In this document: one piece after another, positions 23,938 to 36,085 of the stretch | How the letters are laid out: every line of letters starts with the position of its first letter | How positions within the stretch are numbered: the stretch's first letter is position 1 | Source: Octopus bimaculoides | Taxonomy: Eukaryota | Assembly: GCF_001194135.2 (NCBI RefSeq) | Contig: NC_068992.1 | Coordinates: forward strand, 60,441,713 to 60,505,712 | Direction: 5' to 3' | Length of the DNA: 64,000 bases | Program-made: the position numbers and the translations under genes | Notes under the pieces: model-generated | Databases searched by the model: none | What the model was told of the DNA's origin: nothing | The model's input: the letters and a program-made list of their open reading frames with translations, nothing else

Positions 23938-24835
23938 AAAACAACAACAGGGTTATTGATTCCAATGGATGGTGGTAAAAGGTTTATTAGATAGTATTGA
24001 TAAAACAAAAACGTTGTATGGAAAAAAAATAAATTAAGAAGATTTCGAATCCAAAGTATTATGTTATAGATTCAATATAACCAATGAAATCTAAGTATTA
24101 ACTGATCGATCTAAATTTCGTGATTCTGAATCGTTAATAAGATTATTTAATTTTTCTATTATATTAGCTAAACGTATTTCCATGACAACCAATCGTCTTC
24201 ATACTTGCCCATTTTTCGAAAATTTTACAGGTGACAAAATTAGACAATGTTTTCGTAATGTACAATGTTTTCGAAAGATTATTTACAAAGATAGGAGTGT
24301 TGATAACGTGAAGAATGGACGATATTTTATTATGTGTAATGTTTAATATCTCTCTGATAACAGAAATTGAACGAAGAGAACAGAATAAAACAACAACAAA
24401 ATCATGATATTATTATTATTATTATTATTATTAATATTATGGTTGAAAACGTAAAATCAAATCAAAATTCCGGTACATATACGGCAAAAATATGATAAAC
24501 AAACTATACTTTCTTCATAATATAAACAGATAGTAGATGGTGCTTCCACTAATTGTTCTTATCGCTTCCCAAATAGTGTTAACTTATCACTGATTTTCTT
24601 GTTTCGTAACACACACACACGCACGCACTAACACAATGACACACACGCACGCACTAACACAATGACACACACACATCTATATACATATATATATGCATAT
24701 ATATATANNNNNNNNNNNNNNNNNNNNNNNNNNNNNNNNNNNNNNNNNNNNNNNNNNNNNNNNNNNNNNNNTATATACACACATATACACCGACACACAT
24801 ATACATATATATACATGTATGTACATATATATATA

Positions 24836-25223
24836 GGCGCAGGAGTGGATCTGTTTTAAGTAGCTTGCTTACCAACCACATGGTTCCGGGTTCAGTCCCA
24901 CTACGTTGCACTTTAGGCAAGTCTCTTCTTCTATAGCCTCGCGCCGACCAAAGCCTTGTGAGTGGATTTGGTAAATGAAAATGAAACAACGCCTGTCGGA
25001 TATTTACATATATATACATGTATATGTTTGTGTGCCTGTGTTTGTCTCCCCACCACGCCATTGCTTGACATCCTATGTTGGTGTGTTTACGTCCCTGTCG
25101 GCTAAAAGAGACCGATAGAATAAGTAGTTACAAAGAATAAGTCCTGGGATCGATTTGTTCGACTAAAGGTGGTGCTCCGACATGGCCGCCGTCAAATGAA
25201 TGAAACAAGTAAAAAATAAAAGA
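24836..25223 (+). mobile_element. tRNA-derived SINE, family B, near full length
   Basis: ggcgcaggagtgg...ccgggttcagtccca (B box), an internal (AT/GT)n tract and a gactaaaggtggtgctcc...tgaaacaagtaaaa tail. Co-linear with 28753, 29841 and 62171. Confidence 0.85.
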
Positions 25224-25342
25224 ATTTTTATGTATATANNNNNNNNNNNNNNNNNNNNNNNNNNNNNNNNNNNNNNNNNNNNNNNNNNNNNNNNNNNNNN
25301 NNNNNNNNNNNNNNNNNNNNNNNTATATATATATATATATAT

Positions 25343-25600
25343 ATATATATTTGACAGGAAGGACAACAAAAGAAAGAAAGAGACCTCGATATTATGCAAA
25401 TAGAGTAATTTATCTGTAAAAAATATCTGACACTTATTCAGTAGCCATGATAAAACTCCGAGTTTCGGATGCCGGGGTGGGGGCCCACGCCAACATCTCT
25501 TCAGTTATCCGGCCAATTGAAAATTCCTGTGAAAAATGACCGTTAAAAACAAAGGGAAATTACTGTGTAGTGACAAGGTCAAAACGCGTCTAAAACTGCG
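25343..25600 (-). mobile_element. PLE-type/retrozyme-like non-coding repeat carrying a type I hammerhead
   Basis: Its end (gacaacaaaagaaagaaagagacctcg) recurs inverted at 33403-33430. It contains the HHR listed below and abuts an (AT)n run. Confidence 0.55.
25442..25515 (-). ncRNA. type I hammerhead ribozyme, near-canonical
   Basis: Minus strand: UGGCCGGAUAA-CUGAAGA-GAUGUUGG C GUGG GCCC CCAC C CCGGCAUC C-GAAA-CUCGGAG-U-U-UUAUCAUGGCUA. The core is intact, stem I has 11 bp with one bulge, stem II has 8+4 bp, stem III is short and near-palindromic, and the site is GUU. Confidence 0.7.
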
Positions 25601-26626
25601 TATATTATCGCATGCACGCATATAGCCACATACGCACGCACATATCTGTATATACGCACGTATATATCTACATACGTACGCATCCACGCGCACACTCACA
25701 AGCGCGCACATATGAAGTTCCTTGTACGTGTCTATAAGTGTATGTGTGTATGTGTGCGTGTATGTGTTTGTGTATAGTGGTGTAGATTTTATATTTCCAT
25801 GAAAGGTGATACCTATTGGATTGTTACCCTGAGATATTTTGCCAATTATTCAAGCAGGTTAAGAAGCGAAGCAACGAAGAAATGGAATTATATATAGAGA
25901 AAGAGATGCAAATGTACATAAGTGTATACACATACAACTCCTCCACACACACATATATACTCAGAAATATTATTAATTTATTCTCTAGATGAATAAGTTT
26001 GAAGTTTATTGAACGATATTAACAAATCTATATCGATTGGTCAGTTATAGAACACACCGTCTCATCTATTTATGGCCCCAGAAACTGTGATCTTTGTCTC
26101 TTAGAGAAATATAACACCCTAGTGCAATTTCTCTGTAATATTTAATAATTGTTCGCAGTTGGTGAATTCATGCAGTACTTACATTCAAATTTATTGGAAG
26201 CTTTCTTATTATTAAATGGCTTAAATATTATAATTCCCAGAATAGATTTGGTCATATGCTGAAAATGGTCACATATTGAAAAAATTTCAGTTATTCATTA
26301 ACGCTAAATCTATGTGGACAGATGCCAACATTCTTGCTTTTGTGTATTGTACATATATGATACTGAAGATATGTAAATATCTCACATTCTTTAGCTTACA
26401 AATAGATGAATAAATCACATGTCTTGCGCATAAAAACCGAATAGATGATGCAGAGTATTTTCTAATTTTTCCCTCAAGTAATGTATCTCAATGAATTATC
26501 CTATTTCGCAGAATTTGCGGACGTATTAAATTACATACTGTCAACGTTCCGTCTCCAGGCGTGTGAAAGGTATTTACTTGTGTGCATGTGTGTGCGCGTT
26601 TATGTGTGTGTATGTGTGCACGTGCG

Positions 26627-26669
<43 letters not shown>

Positions 26670-28113
26670 TGCGTGGGCGCGAGCACGTTTGCCCATGCAT
26701 GCTTGTGTATTAGTACGGTTATACAGATATATATATATANNNNNNNNNNNNNNNNNNNNNNNNNNNNNNNNNNNNNNNNNNNNNNNNNNNNNNNNNNNNN
26801 NNNNNNNNNNNNNNNNNNNNNNNNNNNNNNNNNNNNNNNNNNNNNNNNNNNNNNNNNNNNNNNNNNNNNNNNNNNNNNNNNNNNNNNNNNNNNNNNNNNN
26901 NNNNNNNNNNNNNNNNNNNNNNNNNNNNNNNNNNNNNNNNNNNNNNNNNNNNNNTATATATATATATATTCATATGCATATCCTTTAATTTATGTTTGAC
27001 CGTCTTTGTGTATGATTGTTCACCCCATCCGCTGACACATATGTAGCTCCTTATTCATCACTATCTGTTGAGAGTGGTGCTGGAGTTTGTTGTGGAAATA
27101 TTATTATATGTAGCATTGTTCCTGTTCAAATTGCTGAGCTTGTTGAAACAAGATCTGTAGTATTTCAAATGTTCAATTAAGCCGCTCCCTTGTGGAACAC
27201 CTGAGCACAGCTTCTTTGTCTTTGATGATGTTTAGAAAATCAACTACAATAAGAAAAAAACAAGCCTCAAAGAAAATTCTATATATGTTCATTACGCTTC
27301 AATAATCGTTTGTTTAAAATCATGTGGTTGTGTAACATGACTTAAATAATGAATCTCTTAATTGGTAGACGGACATATAACTTACCCAAGGGAAATATCC
27401 AATTATATCAATACTAACACTTGACTGGTACATACGTTATCTGTTTCGGACATATGAAACACAAAGTAGATCCCAGAAGATTTGAAAGTTGGAATCTCGA
27501 AGGAAGGCAACGCATTAGTACAAGGCATTTTGTCCCCGACACTATTGACTATGCTAATCCGCAATTCTAACATGACTGTTATAGTTACCAACATGCATAC
27601 TGTGCGAGCCTGCTGCCGTCACATTGCTGGTTCCTCTTTTCTTTCTTCTTTCATTTACATAGCAAGAAAGAGATTCAACAAAGTTGTTCTTATCACCTAA
27701 CAGAAAATAAAACTAAATTGCAAGGCGCAGAGGAGCCTCTCTGAGTTGATGCTTGAGGATCCCGAAATAGCAGCTAAATATCGTCCAGATTTTACTTTAG
27801 TTTAAACCATCTGGTCCAGGCTGTTTAATTCCGAACTGAGAAAAAGGTGTTGATCATGACTGAAATACACTTGATTTACTAGGTGATGAGGGTTTATTTA
27901 GGGCTGAGAGGCCATGCAAGAGAAAATTAGGGTCTACTTGGAGGTAAATAACTTCGTCAAATTGGGGCTCATTTGCAACTCAGCAACTGCACCTGATTAG
28001 GGATTATTTGTGGCTAACCACCATCAGGAATATAGGATCTATTTATGGTTCAACAACATCAAGTATACGAACATCAGATGCAAAGATTTATATATGTATG
28101 TAAGTATGTAGGA

Positions 28114-28198
<85 letters not shown>

Positions 28199-28379
28199 CA
28201 ATGTTAAATCTCTGAACGAGGTATTAACAGTAACTGCACGATAAAGTGAAGTATATTTGCCACTTAAATGTGGCTGACCCCGAGGGGTGGATGTTACTGT
28301 TGCATTTAGCCCCAGGAGGACATCTCCTCCAGCTGGCTATCGACACACTTCTGTGTCCTGTCTGTATTTGCCAAGGGAA

Positions 28380-28421
<42 letters not shown>

Positions 28422-28752
28422 AAGCTCTGTCGTGTTAAAAATGATGTACTATATGGAACAATTGAGCAGCAATTAGACATACATTCTATATATTTGATAT
28501 AGATTTATAAAGTAATAATAATTTTATGTTTATTGAAAACATTGTGAAGGATCCATAGGGAATTAGATATGAAGGTAAATAAATGTAAGGTTAGGGTAAT
28601 ACATTAATTATTTCATTATTTTATTTAACTTTGAACAATAAAACCTCTTTCGTCAATTGTTGAACATTTCTCCATTAATTATTTCAATGAATCTCCAGTG
28701 ATTTAATGAAATATAAGTAAATATGAAAATTTGAACATATTAAATGTTAATC

Positions 28753-29213
28753 AGGTTCATGAGATGCGTAGCTGAGTGGTAAAAAGCTTGCTTCCCAACC
28801 ACATGGTTCCAGGTTCAGTCCCACAAAGTGGCAGCTTAGGCAGGTATTTTCTACTATAGACTCAGGCCTACCAAAATCCTGTGAGTGGATTTGGTGGACG
28901 GAAACTGAAAGAGACACACGTGTGTGGGTGTGGGTGTGTATGTGTGGGTGTGGGTGTGTATGTGTGGGTGTGGGTGTGTGCGTGTGTGTGTGTGTGTGTG
29001 CGTTTGTGTTTGTAGTTGTTCCCATCATCGCTTGACAACTGATGTTGATGTATTAACGTCTCTGTGACTTATCGGTTCGGCAAAAGAGATAGATAGAATA
29101 ATTACCACGTTTTAAAAGAACAGTAGTGGAGTTAATTCATTCGACTAAAATTCTTCAAGGCAGTACCCCAAGATGGCAACATTCAAATGACTGAAACAAG
29201 TAAAAACATAAAG
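28753..29213 (+). mobile_element. SINE family B
   Basis: gctgagtggtaaaaagcttgcttcccaaccacatggttccaggttcagtccc... through caaatgactgaaacaagtaaaa. Confidence 0.85.
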
Positions 29214-29589
29214 ATGGCTTGTGCGAAAGAATGCGAAAAGTGTTTACAAATTTTACTGACTACATTTTAGTTTTACTCGCTTATAAAGAAATGATATCAT
29301 GTACATTTGCAGTCGAAGATTAACGTTCCAAAATAGTTCAAGTTACGGCCCTCTTCATCTGTCTATGGCAGAACCCCCTTATAAAATATTATGTAAACAA
29401 AATAAAATATTATATAAACAATAAATATAAGTACTAATTATTTGTAGGTACGTGATACTTCATAATGAAATCATAATATACTATAAAGTATAATAAAGGT
29501 TTTATAAGTCAATAGCAGGTTCTACTGCGTTAGCAGTGAGCTTTACATTATTTGGTTAAGGTTATTCTATAAAAATTATTGCCAGCTCT

Positions 29590-29745
29590 GGTGTTTACTA
29601 CAACGTTTCGTATACGAGACGTCAGATGTAAACAAACAATGAGATCGAAGATGAAAATCGGGTAATGGGCGTATATGCCATATTTCAGTGGGGTTTTGCC
29701 GCTTCATCAGGACCCATCTAACCCATTACTCACCCTCGAAAACAT
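29590..29745 (-). mobile_element. PLE-type terminal repeat fragment with two degenerate HHR-like motifs
   Basis: Minus strand has ctgatga...gaaa (29710 to 29683) and ctgacg...gaaacgtt (29625 to 29602). Confidence 0.45.
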
Positions 29746-29840
29746 TTCTTAAATATCTATCTAGCTAGCTAGCTAGCTATCTATCTGTCAGTCTGTCTGT
29801 CTATATATGTGTATGTGTATGTATATATATAAATTGTTTA

Positions 29841-30520
29841 TTCTTTTACTTGTTTCAGTCATTTGACTACGGCCATGATGTAGCATCGCCTTAAAGGGTT
29901 TTAATTGAAAATGCGACTACAGGACGTATTCTTCGTAAGCTAGTACTTATTCTCTCAGTCTCTTTTGCCGAACCGCTACGCCACAGGGACGTGAACACAC
30001 CAGCATCGATTCCCAAGCAATAGTGGGGAGACAAACAGACACGCAGACATAAATACACACACGCACGCACGCTCATACAGACAGACACAGACACACACAA
30101 GCACACACACGCACACACACGCACACACANNNNNNNNNNNNNNNNNNNNNNNNNNNNNNNNNNNNNNNNNNNNNNNNNNNNNNNNNNNNNNNNNNNNNNN
30201 NNNNNNNNNNNNNNNNNNNNNNNNNNNNNNNNNNNNNNNNNNNNNNNNNNNNNNNNNNNNNNNNNNNNNNNNNNNNNNNNNNNNNNNNNNNNNNNNNNNN
30301 NNNNNNNNNNNNNNNNNNNNNNNNNNNNNNNATATATATATATATATATATACACACGACGGGCTTCCTTCAGTTTTCGTCTATCAAATCTACTCACTAG
30401 CCTTTGGTCGGCCCGAGGCTATAGTAGAAGACACTTGTCCAAGATGCCACGCAATGGGACTGAACCCAGAACCCTGTGGTTGGGAAGCAAGCTTTTTACC
30501 ACGCAACTATGCCTGCGCCT
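29841..30520 (-). mobile_element. SINE family B, full length, with an assembly gap in its internal microsatellite
   Basis: Tail ttcttttacttgtttcagtcatttgact at 29841 and head ...ggactgaacccag...atgcctgcgcct ending at 30520. Confidence 0.9.
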
Positions 30521-30555
30521 ATATATTAATATATTATTAATACATACATACATCC

Positions 30556-30618
<63 letters not shown>

Positions 30619-31990
30619 AATATATAAGCAAGAATATAATAATCGATTCATACCATGCATTGGTCTAACGAAAAGTAATCATTTTCTTTTTGTTTTTATA
30701 ATTATGATGGTCTCAATAGATCGTCATTGGCATCACCACCGTTACCACCTACGCCATCATCAAGCTTAACGTCATCGCCATCCTCATCAGTTCATAATCA
30801 ACAGTAGCAAAACAAAACAACATTATCCACTATCACCGTTTAATCTCTATATTCCCACTATCGCTATCACAAACACAATTATTATAGTCTTATCTGTATT
30901 ATCTGCAAGCCTACATAACAATCTTATCAACAACACCTTATCATTGTATCATCGTATCTTACATCGTATTACCATCATCAGCAGCATCCACTCTTCAACC
31001 CACTGGTCTTTCTCCTCTTTCTTCGTCATCCCGGCAGCAACAGTACCAGCGACGGCAACAGCAGCAGTAGCATTGCTCTTCTAAACTTCATTTAATACGT
31101 CTGCTTCGATTGCTCTTTATAAATTCTCGTAGTTTTTTTAAAATTTCACGAAGTCGCGTTAATTATTACTTCTCTCTCTCTGTCTCTCACACACGCACAC
31201 ACACACAAACATACACACACATGCGTGCGCGTAGACACACACATTCACACACATACAAACGCACACATTTATAATCGTCATTTGTACTGTGTACAACGAG
31301 ATCTCAAGTAGTGATTTTCACATTCATCCTGAATGCGTCACGGCAGATTCGAACGCAGATACTCAGTTCGCTGTTTTATACATCACGAGAGAACATCTTT
31401 TCCCTTTTACTCGGACTTTATACGCTCATAACGTTCTGGGTTCATTGGCACAAGGAATTTTTATCTTTGCTGTTACGACATGCAGTGTCTCGTCAGCCAG
31501 TAGTATATGTGCGCAGGTAAAAAGAAGGGCGTCTCCGGACAGACCGCACTGTAGTTCTTTGACAGCTCTCCAGGGGGACTGAACCCGGAAGCATGTGATT
31601 GGGAATCAATGCCAGACCGTTCAATATCGAAATCCTACCTCAACTAAAAACCCTTAATTTGCATCTGATATTTGTACAATCTATTAACTCTAATTTATAT
31701 TTTCATGTAGTTTCCAATGAACAATGCCCGTAATGCTCAGTGCAATGTTCACTGTAACATTGTATGTTCCAATGTTTATTCGGTCACTGTGCGGCTTTCT
31801 TTCACTTTTCATGGCGATATATACATACGTAAAGATAATTCAGCGGTCTTATCATACGTGTGACATTTCCCATAATTTGTTTTATGTCATTGTTCTTGAA
31901 TAACACTGATTAACGGTTCCTTTTCCTAACTTTAAGTCTAATTTTCGCTTCCATTCGCGTATTGCTTGGTTTTCCACACTGTTGCTAATA

Positions 31991-32560
31991 TTGTCTGGAA
32001 TTAAAAATTTTGCGATATTTTGATAAAAAATTTCCTTTGATCGTCAAATTATATCAAAAGTAGCCAAGCGCGTTGCACCGTCTGAAGTCATCTTTCTTCC
32101 GGTTCTTTGATCACGTGCTGATACCAGTTCTTGTACTTAGAAGCGAAAAACTCCTTCACTGAAACTTCCACCTCCTCTGGTTTCATGAAGCGTCACGAGC
32201 GCAGGAAGCAAGTTATGGATCAGAACAAGTAATAATCCGAAGGAGCTAGGTTTGGAGTATATGATGGGCGTGGCATCAGTTCGATTCCTTCAAGTTCCTG
32301 GAGTTTATTCCGGGTCGTTTTTGCTGCAAAAGAGCTTGATTTCTGTTAATCAGTACCGAGCATTTTGCCTCACAATAGTATATATTCTCTTCAGCTCTTC
32401 GGTATACATATTAACATCGATGGTTCTACTGTCCTTAACTAATTCTCCTCATAATTCTATCAAACGCACAGCATTACCTTGTACTCGAAACACTCTTCTT
32501 TGCGACATGTTTCTGACGCTGGCCCTTACTTAACCAAGAAGTGTTGAAACGTATTAAGGA
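31991..32560 (-). pseudogene. mariner transposase pseudogene, 3' half and terminal repeat; same family as 2420-2990
   Basis: Reverse complement reads SWLSKGQ...KVMLCV, LEGIELMPRPSYTPNLAPSDYYLF and EEVEVSVKEFFASK..WYQH.IKE. It shares ctgattaacagaaatc with the first copy and has a TA at 31989-31990. Confidence 0.9.
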
Positions 32561-33162
32561 ATTGTTTTCGCTGGGAATTTTATTTGTATTGACCCCCAGC
32601 GAATTAAGATTAAAATTATTGTTATCATAAATGGATATACCCTTCATGTACAGCACAACAAAAGCTTCTTGCATGTTTTTCTTTTTTATATTAACCCATT
32701 ACTTTTATATTAAAGTATTAGTTTTTTTATATTAACCCATTACCATGCAAAGTATATTCGTAAGTTTGTCCCGAACGTCCATGTTTGTTTTCAGATATTT
32801 AGTTGGCCCTTCTTTCATATATTCAGAATAATATAAGACGTTCCTTTCATACGCCCCAATTTACTCTGGTGGTGGACAAAGATTGTGAATGTATATTATA
32901 TACGATGCAGGAATGCCAAGAAAATACATCTGAAACAGTATGTGGTAAAAATTACTTCACTAGCTTTCTTCTAGTGATACAGAAAAAAATAAACACTATT
33001 TAGTGTATTACTAATTAACTAAAATGCTCTTTTTGTGTTCCAAGTTCAAATACATTTCATAAGACCTAAGTAACTCTGGTAATTGGAACAAATTGGGGTT
33101 GTGCATCATATATGACGCAGGGGCAGCGTAGACATGTCTGTAGATAATGTGATGCCCAAGAC

Positions 33163-33164
<2 letters not shown>

Positions 33165-33229
<65 letters not shown>
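33165..33229. repeat. (AAT)n microsatellite, flanked by a short direct repeat (gtgatgc.caagacagttaata)
   Basis: Direct reading. Confidence 0.9.
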
Positions 33230-33230
<1 letters not shown>

Positions 33231-34344
33231 TGATGCACAAGACAGTTAATAGGTTAAGATTTTTTAAATGAGATAAAAAAAAACCCACCTAAATTTAGAA
33301 AACAAAAATTCCAAACACTCCTTTTGGGAGATCGTTACCATGAATTCCCTACGAGGTCGTATGACCAACTATTTTATTATTTCTCCAATATATATGCCGA
33401 GGTCTCTTTCTTTCTTTTGTTGTCCTTTCTATCAATATATNNNNNNNNNNNNNNNNNNNNNNNNNNNNNNNNNNNNNNNNNNNNNNNNNNNNNNNNNNNN
33501 NNNNNNNNNNNNNNNNNNNNNNNNNNNNNNNNNNNNNNNNNNNNNNNNNNNNNNNNNNNNNNNNNNNNNNNNNNNNNNNNNNNNNNNNNNNNNNNNNNNN
33601 NNNNNNNNNNNNNNNNNNNNNNNNNNNNNNNNNNNNNNNNNNNNNNNNNNNNNNNNNNNNNNNNNNNNNNNNNNNNNNNNNNNNNNNNNNNNNNNNNNNN
33701 NNNNNNNNNNNNNNNNNNNNNNNNNNNNNNNNNNNNNNNNNNNNNNNNNNNNNNNNNNNNNNNNNNNNNNNNNNNNNNNNNNNNNNNNNNNNNNNNNNNN
33801 NNNNNNNNNNNNNNNNNNNNNNNNNNNNNNNNNNNNNNNNNNNNNNNNNNNNNNNNNNNNNNNNNNNNNNNNNNNNNNNNNNNNNNNNNNNNNNNNNNNN
33901 NNNNNNNNNNNNNNNNNNNNNNNNNNNNNNNNNNNNNNNNNNNNNNNNNNNNNNNNNNNNNNNNNNNNNNNNNNNNNNNNNNNNNNNNNNNNNNNNNNNN
34001 NNNNNNNNNNNNNNNNNNNNNNNNNNNNNNNNNNNNNNNNNNNNNNNNNNNNNNNNNNNNNNNNNNNNNNNNNNNNNNNNNNNNNNNNNNNNNNNNNNNN
34101 NNNNNNNNNNNNNNNNNNNNNNNNNNNNNNNNNNNNNNNNNNNNNNNNNNNNNNNNNNNNNNNNNNNNNNNNNNNNNNNNNNNNNNNNNNNNNNNNNNNN
34201 NNNNNNNNNNNNNNNNNNNNNNNNNNNNNNNNNNNNNNNNNNNNNNNNNNNNNNNNNNNNNNNNNNNNNNNNNNNNNNNNNNNNNNNNNNNNNNNNNNNN
34301 NNNNNNNNNNNNNNNNNNNNNNNNNNNNNNNNNNNNNNNNNNNN

Positions 34345-34400
<56 letters not shown>

Positions 34401-34783
34401 TGTGTGTGTGTGCATGTACATGCATGTATTAAGTACAAGAATCATTGTAATATTTGCATTTCTGAGAATGTATTGAATATATATCGAATATATTGACCAA
34501 TATGGTTTCCATTTTAAATACTCGTTTCGAGGGAATAGCTTTCTTGTGCCACGAATCGAAATATTTGTCACTCTTTGAGGGTATATGTTACAGCAAACCT
34601 CTTTCTCACCCTTGCTGTTTTCCTTACACTAACGCACACATAGACACACATATATAGACACATACATATATATATAAATGAATTTATAAATGTACTAATA
34701 GATAAATATATGTGTATATGTCAGTATACATGTGTCTGCGTATACGTGTATATATACATGTAGATGCATGAGTATATACACAG

Positions 34784-34835
<52 letters not shown>

Positions 34836-35042
34836 NNNNNNNNNNNNNNNNNNNNNNNNNNNNNNNNNNNNNNNNNNNNNNNNNNNNNNNNNNNNNNNNN
34901 NNNNNNNNNNNNNNNNNNNNNNNNNNNNNNNNNNNNNNNNNNNNNNNNNNNNNNNNNNNNNNNNNNNNNNNNNNNNNNNNNNNNNNNNNNNNNNNNNNTT
35001 TTTGAAATCAACACATGTTTTCGACGGTTTTTCTTCTAAGTT

Positions 35043-35297
35043 GGCGAGGTGAGTTGAGCTTAACCCTAGGCGAGCCGGCAGAAACGTTAGAACGTCGGGC
35101 GAAATGCTTAGCGGTATTTCGTCTGCCTTTACGTTCTGAGTTCAAATTCCGCCGAGGTCGACTTTGCCTTTCATCCTTTCGGGGTCGATTAAATAAGTAC
35201 CAGTTACCACTGTGGTCGATATAATCGACTTAATTCGTTTGTCTGTCCTTGTTTGTCCCCTCTATGTTTAGCCTCTTATGGGCAATAAAAAAATAAG
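35043..35297 (+). mobile_element. tRNA-derived SINE, family A, best-preserved copy
   Basis: gcagaaacgttagaacgtcgggcgaaatgcttagcgg...tgagttcaaattcc (B box)...gggcaataaaaaaataag. Confidence 0.9.
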
Positions 35298-36031
35298 ACC
35301 CACTACGAGAATTAAGATGCTCTGCATCAAAATTCGAGATCAGGTAATATGGCTATACCTGCAATCGTAGGGAGCTTTGTCTCATTAGTCAGCTTATTAA
35401 GATAGTGGCTAATGAGTCGTTTTGACTCTTATTTCTAGCCATGCTGGTACCACTTTGTACCGTGAGTCACATTAGTCAAGTCAATAAATTTGCGTTGAGG
35501 TTATTAAATTGTTAATAAGCAAATCATATTGTGTGTATATATACACACATGCATATACGAGTGAGTGGACAAACGAAAGAAGAGCACTAAACAAATTTAT
35601 TAGGAGCTTCTTGGGTTTCAAGCGCGAGGCTAGTCATCAGCCATTTTGAATTTGTATGACAGAAATTGATTGTTATTACCGTAAGGTGGGTTGCGAGTGG
35701 TCNNNNNNNNNNNNNNNNNNNNNNNNNNNNNNNNNNNNNNNNNNNNNNNNNNNNNNNNNNNNNNNNNNNNNNNNNNNNNNNNNNNNNNNNNNNNNNNNNN
35801 NNNNNNNNNNNNNNNNNNNNNNNNNNNNNNNNNNNNNNNNNNNNNNNNNNNNNNNNNNNNNNNNNNNNNNNNNNNNNNNNNNNNNNNNNNNNNNNNNNNN
35901 NNNNNNNNNNNNNNNNNNNNNNNNNNNNNNNNNNNNNNNNNNNNNNNNNNNNNNNNNNNNNNNNNNNNNNNNNNNNNNNNNNNNNNNNNNNNNNNNNNNN
36001 NNNNNNNNNNNNNNNNNNNNNNNNNNNNNNN

Positions 36032-36085
<54 letters not shown>

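Noticed and set aside
27184-27204. SGVPQGS reverse-transcriptase motif on the minus strand
   Set aside because: An isolated 7-residue match with no LGP.LF or YADD downstream.
31289-31582. Overlapping short ORFs with a CAG|GTAAAA donor-like site
   Set aside because: No recognisable homology and no convincing in-frame acceptor.
35600-35650. Minus-strand CUGAUGA...GAAAC hammerhead-like core
   Set aside because: Stem II is out of register, and there is no U16.1/H17 site and no stem III.
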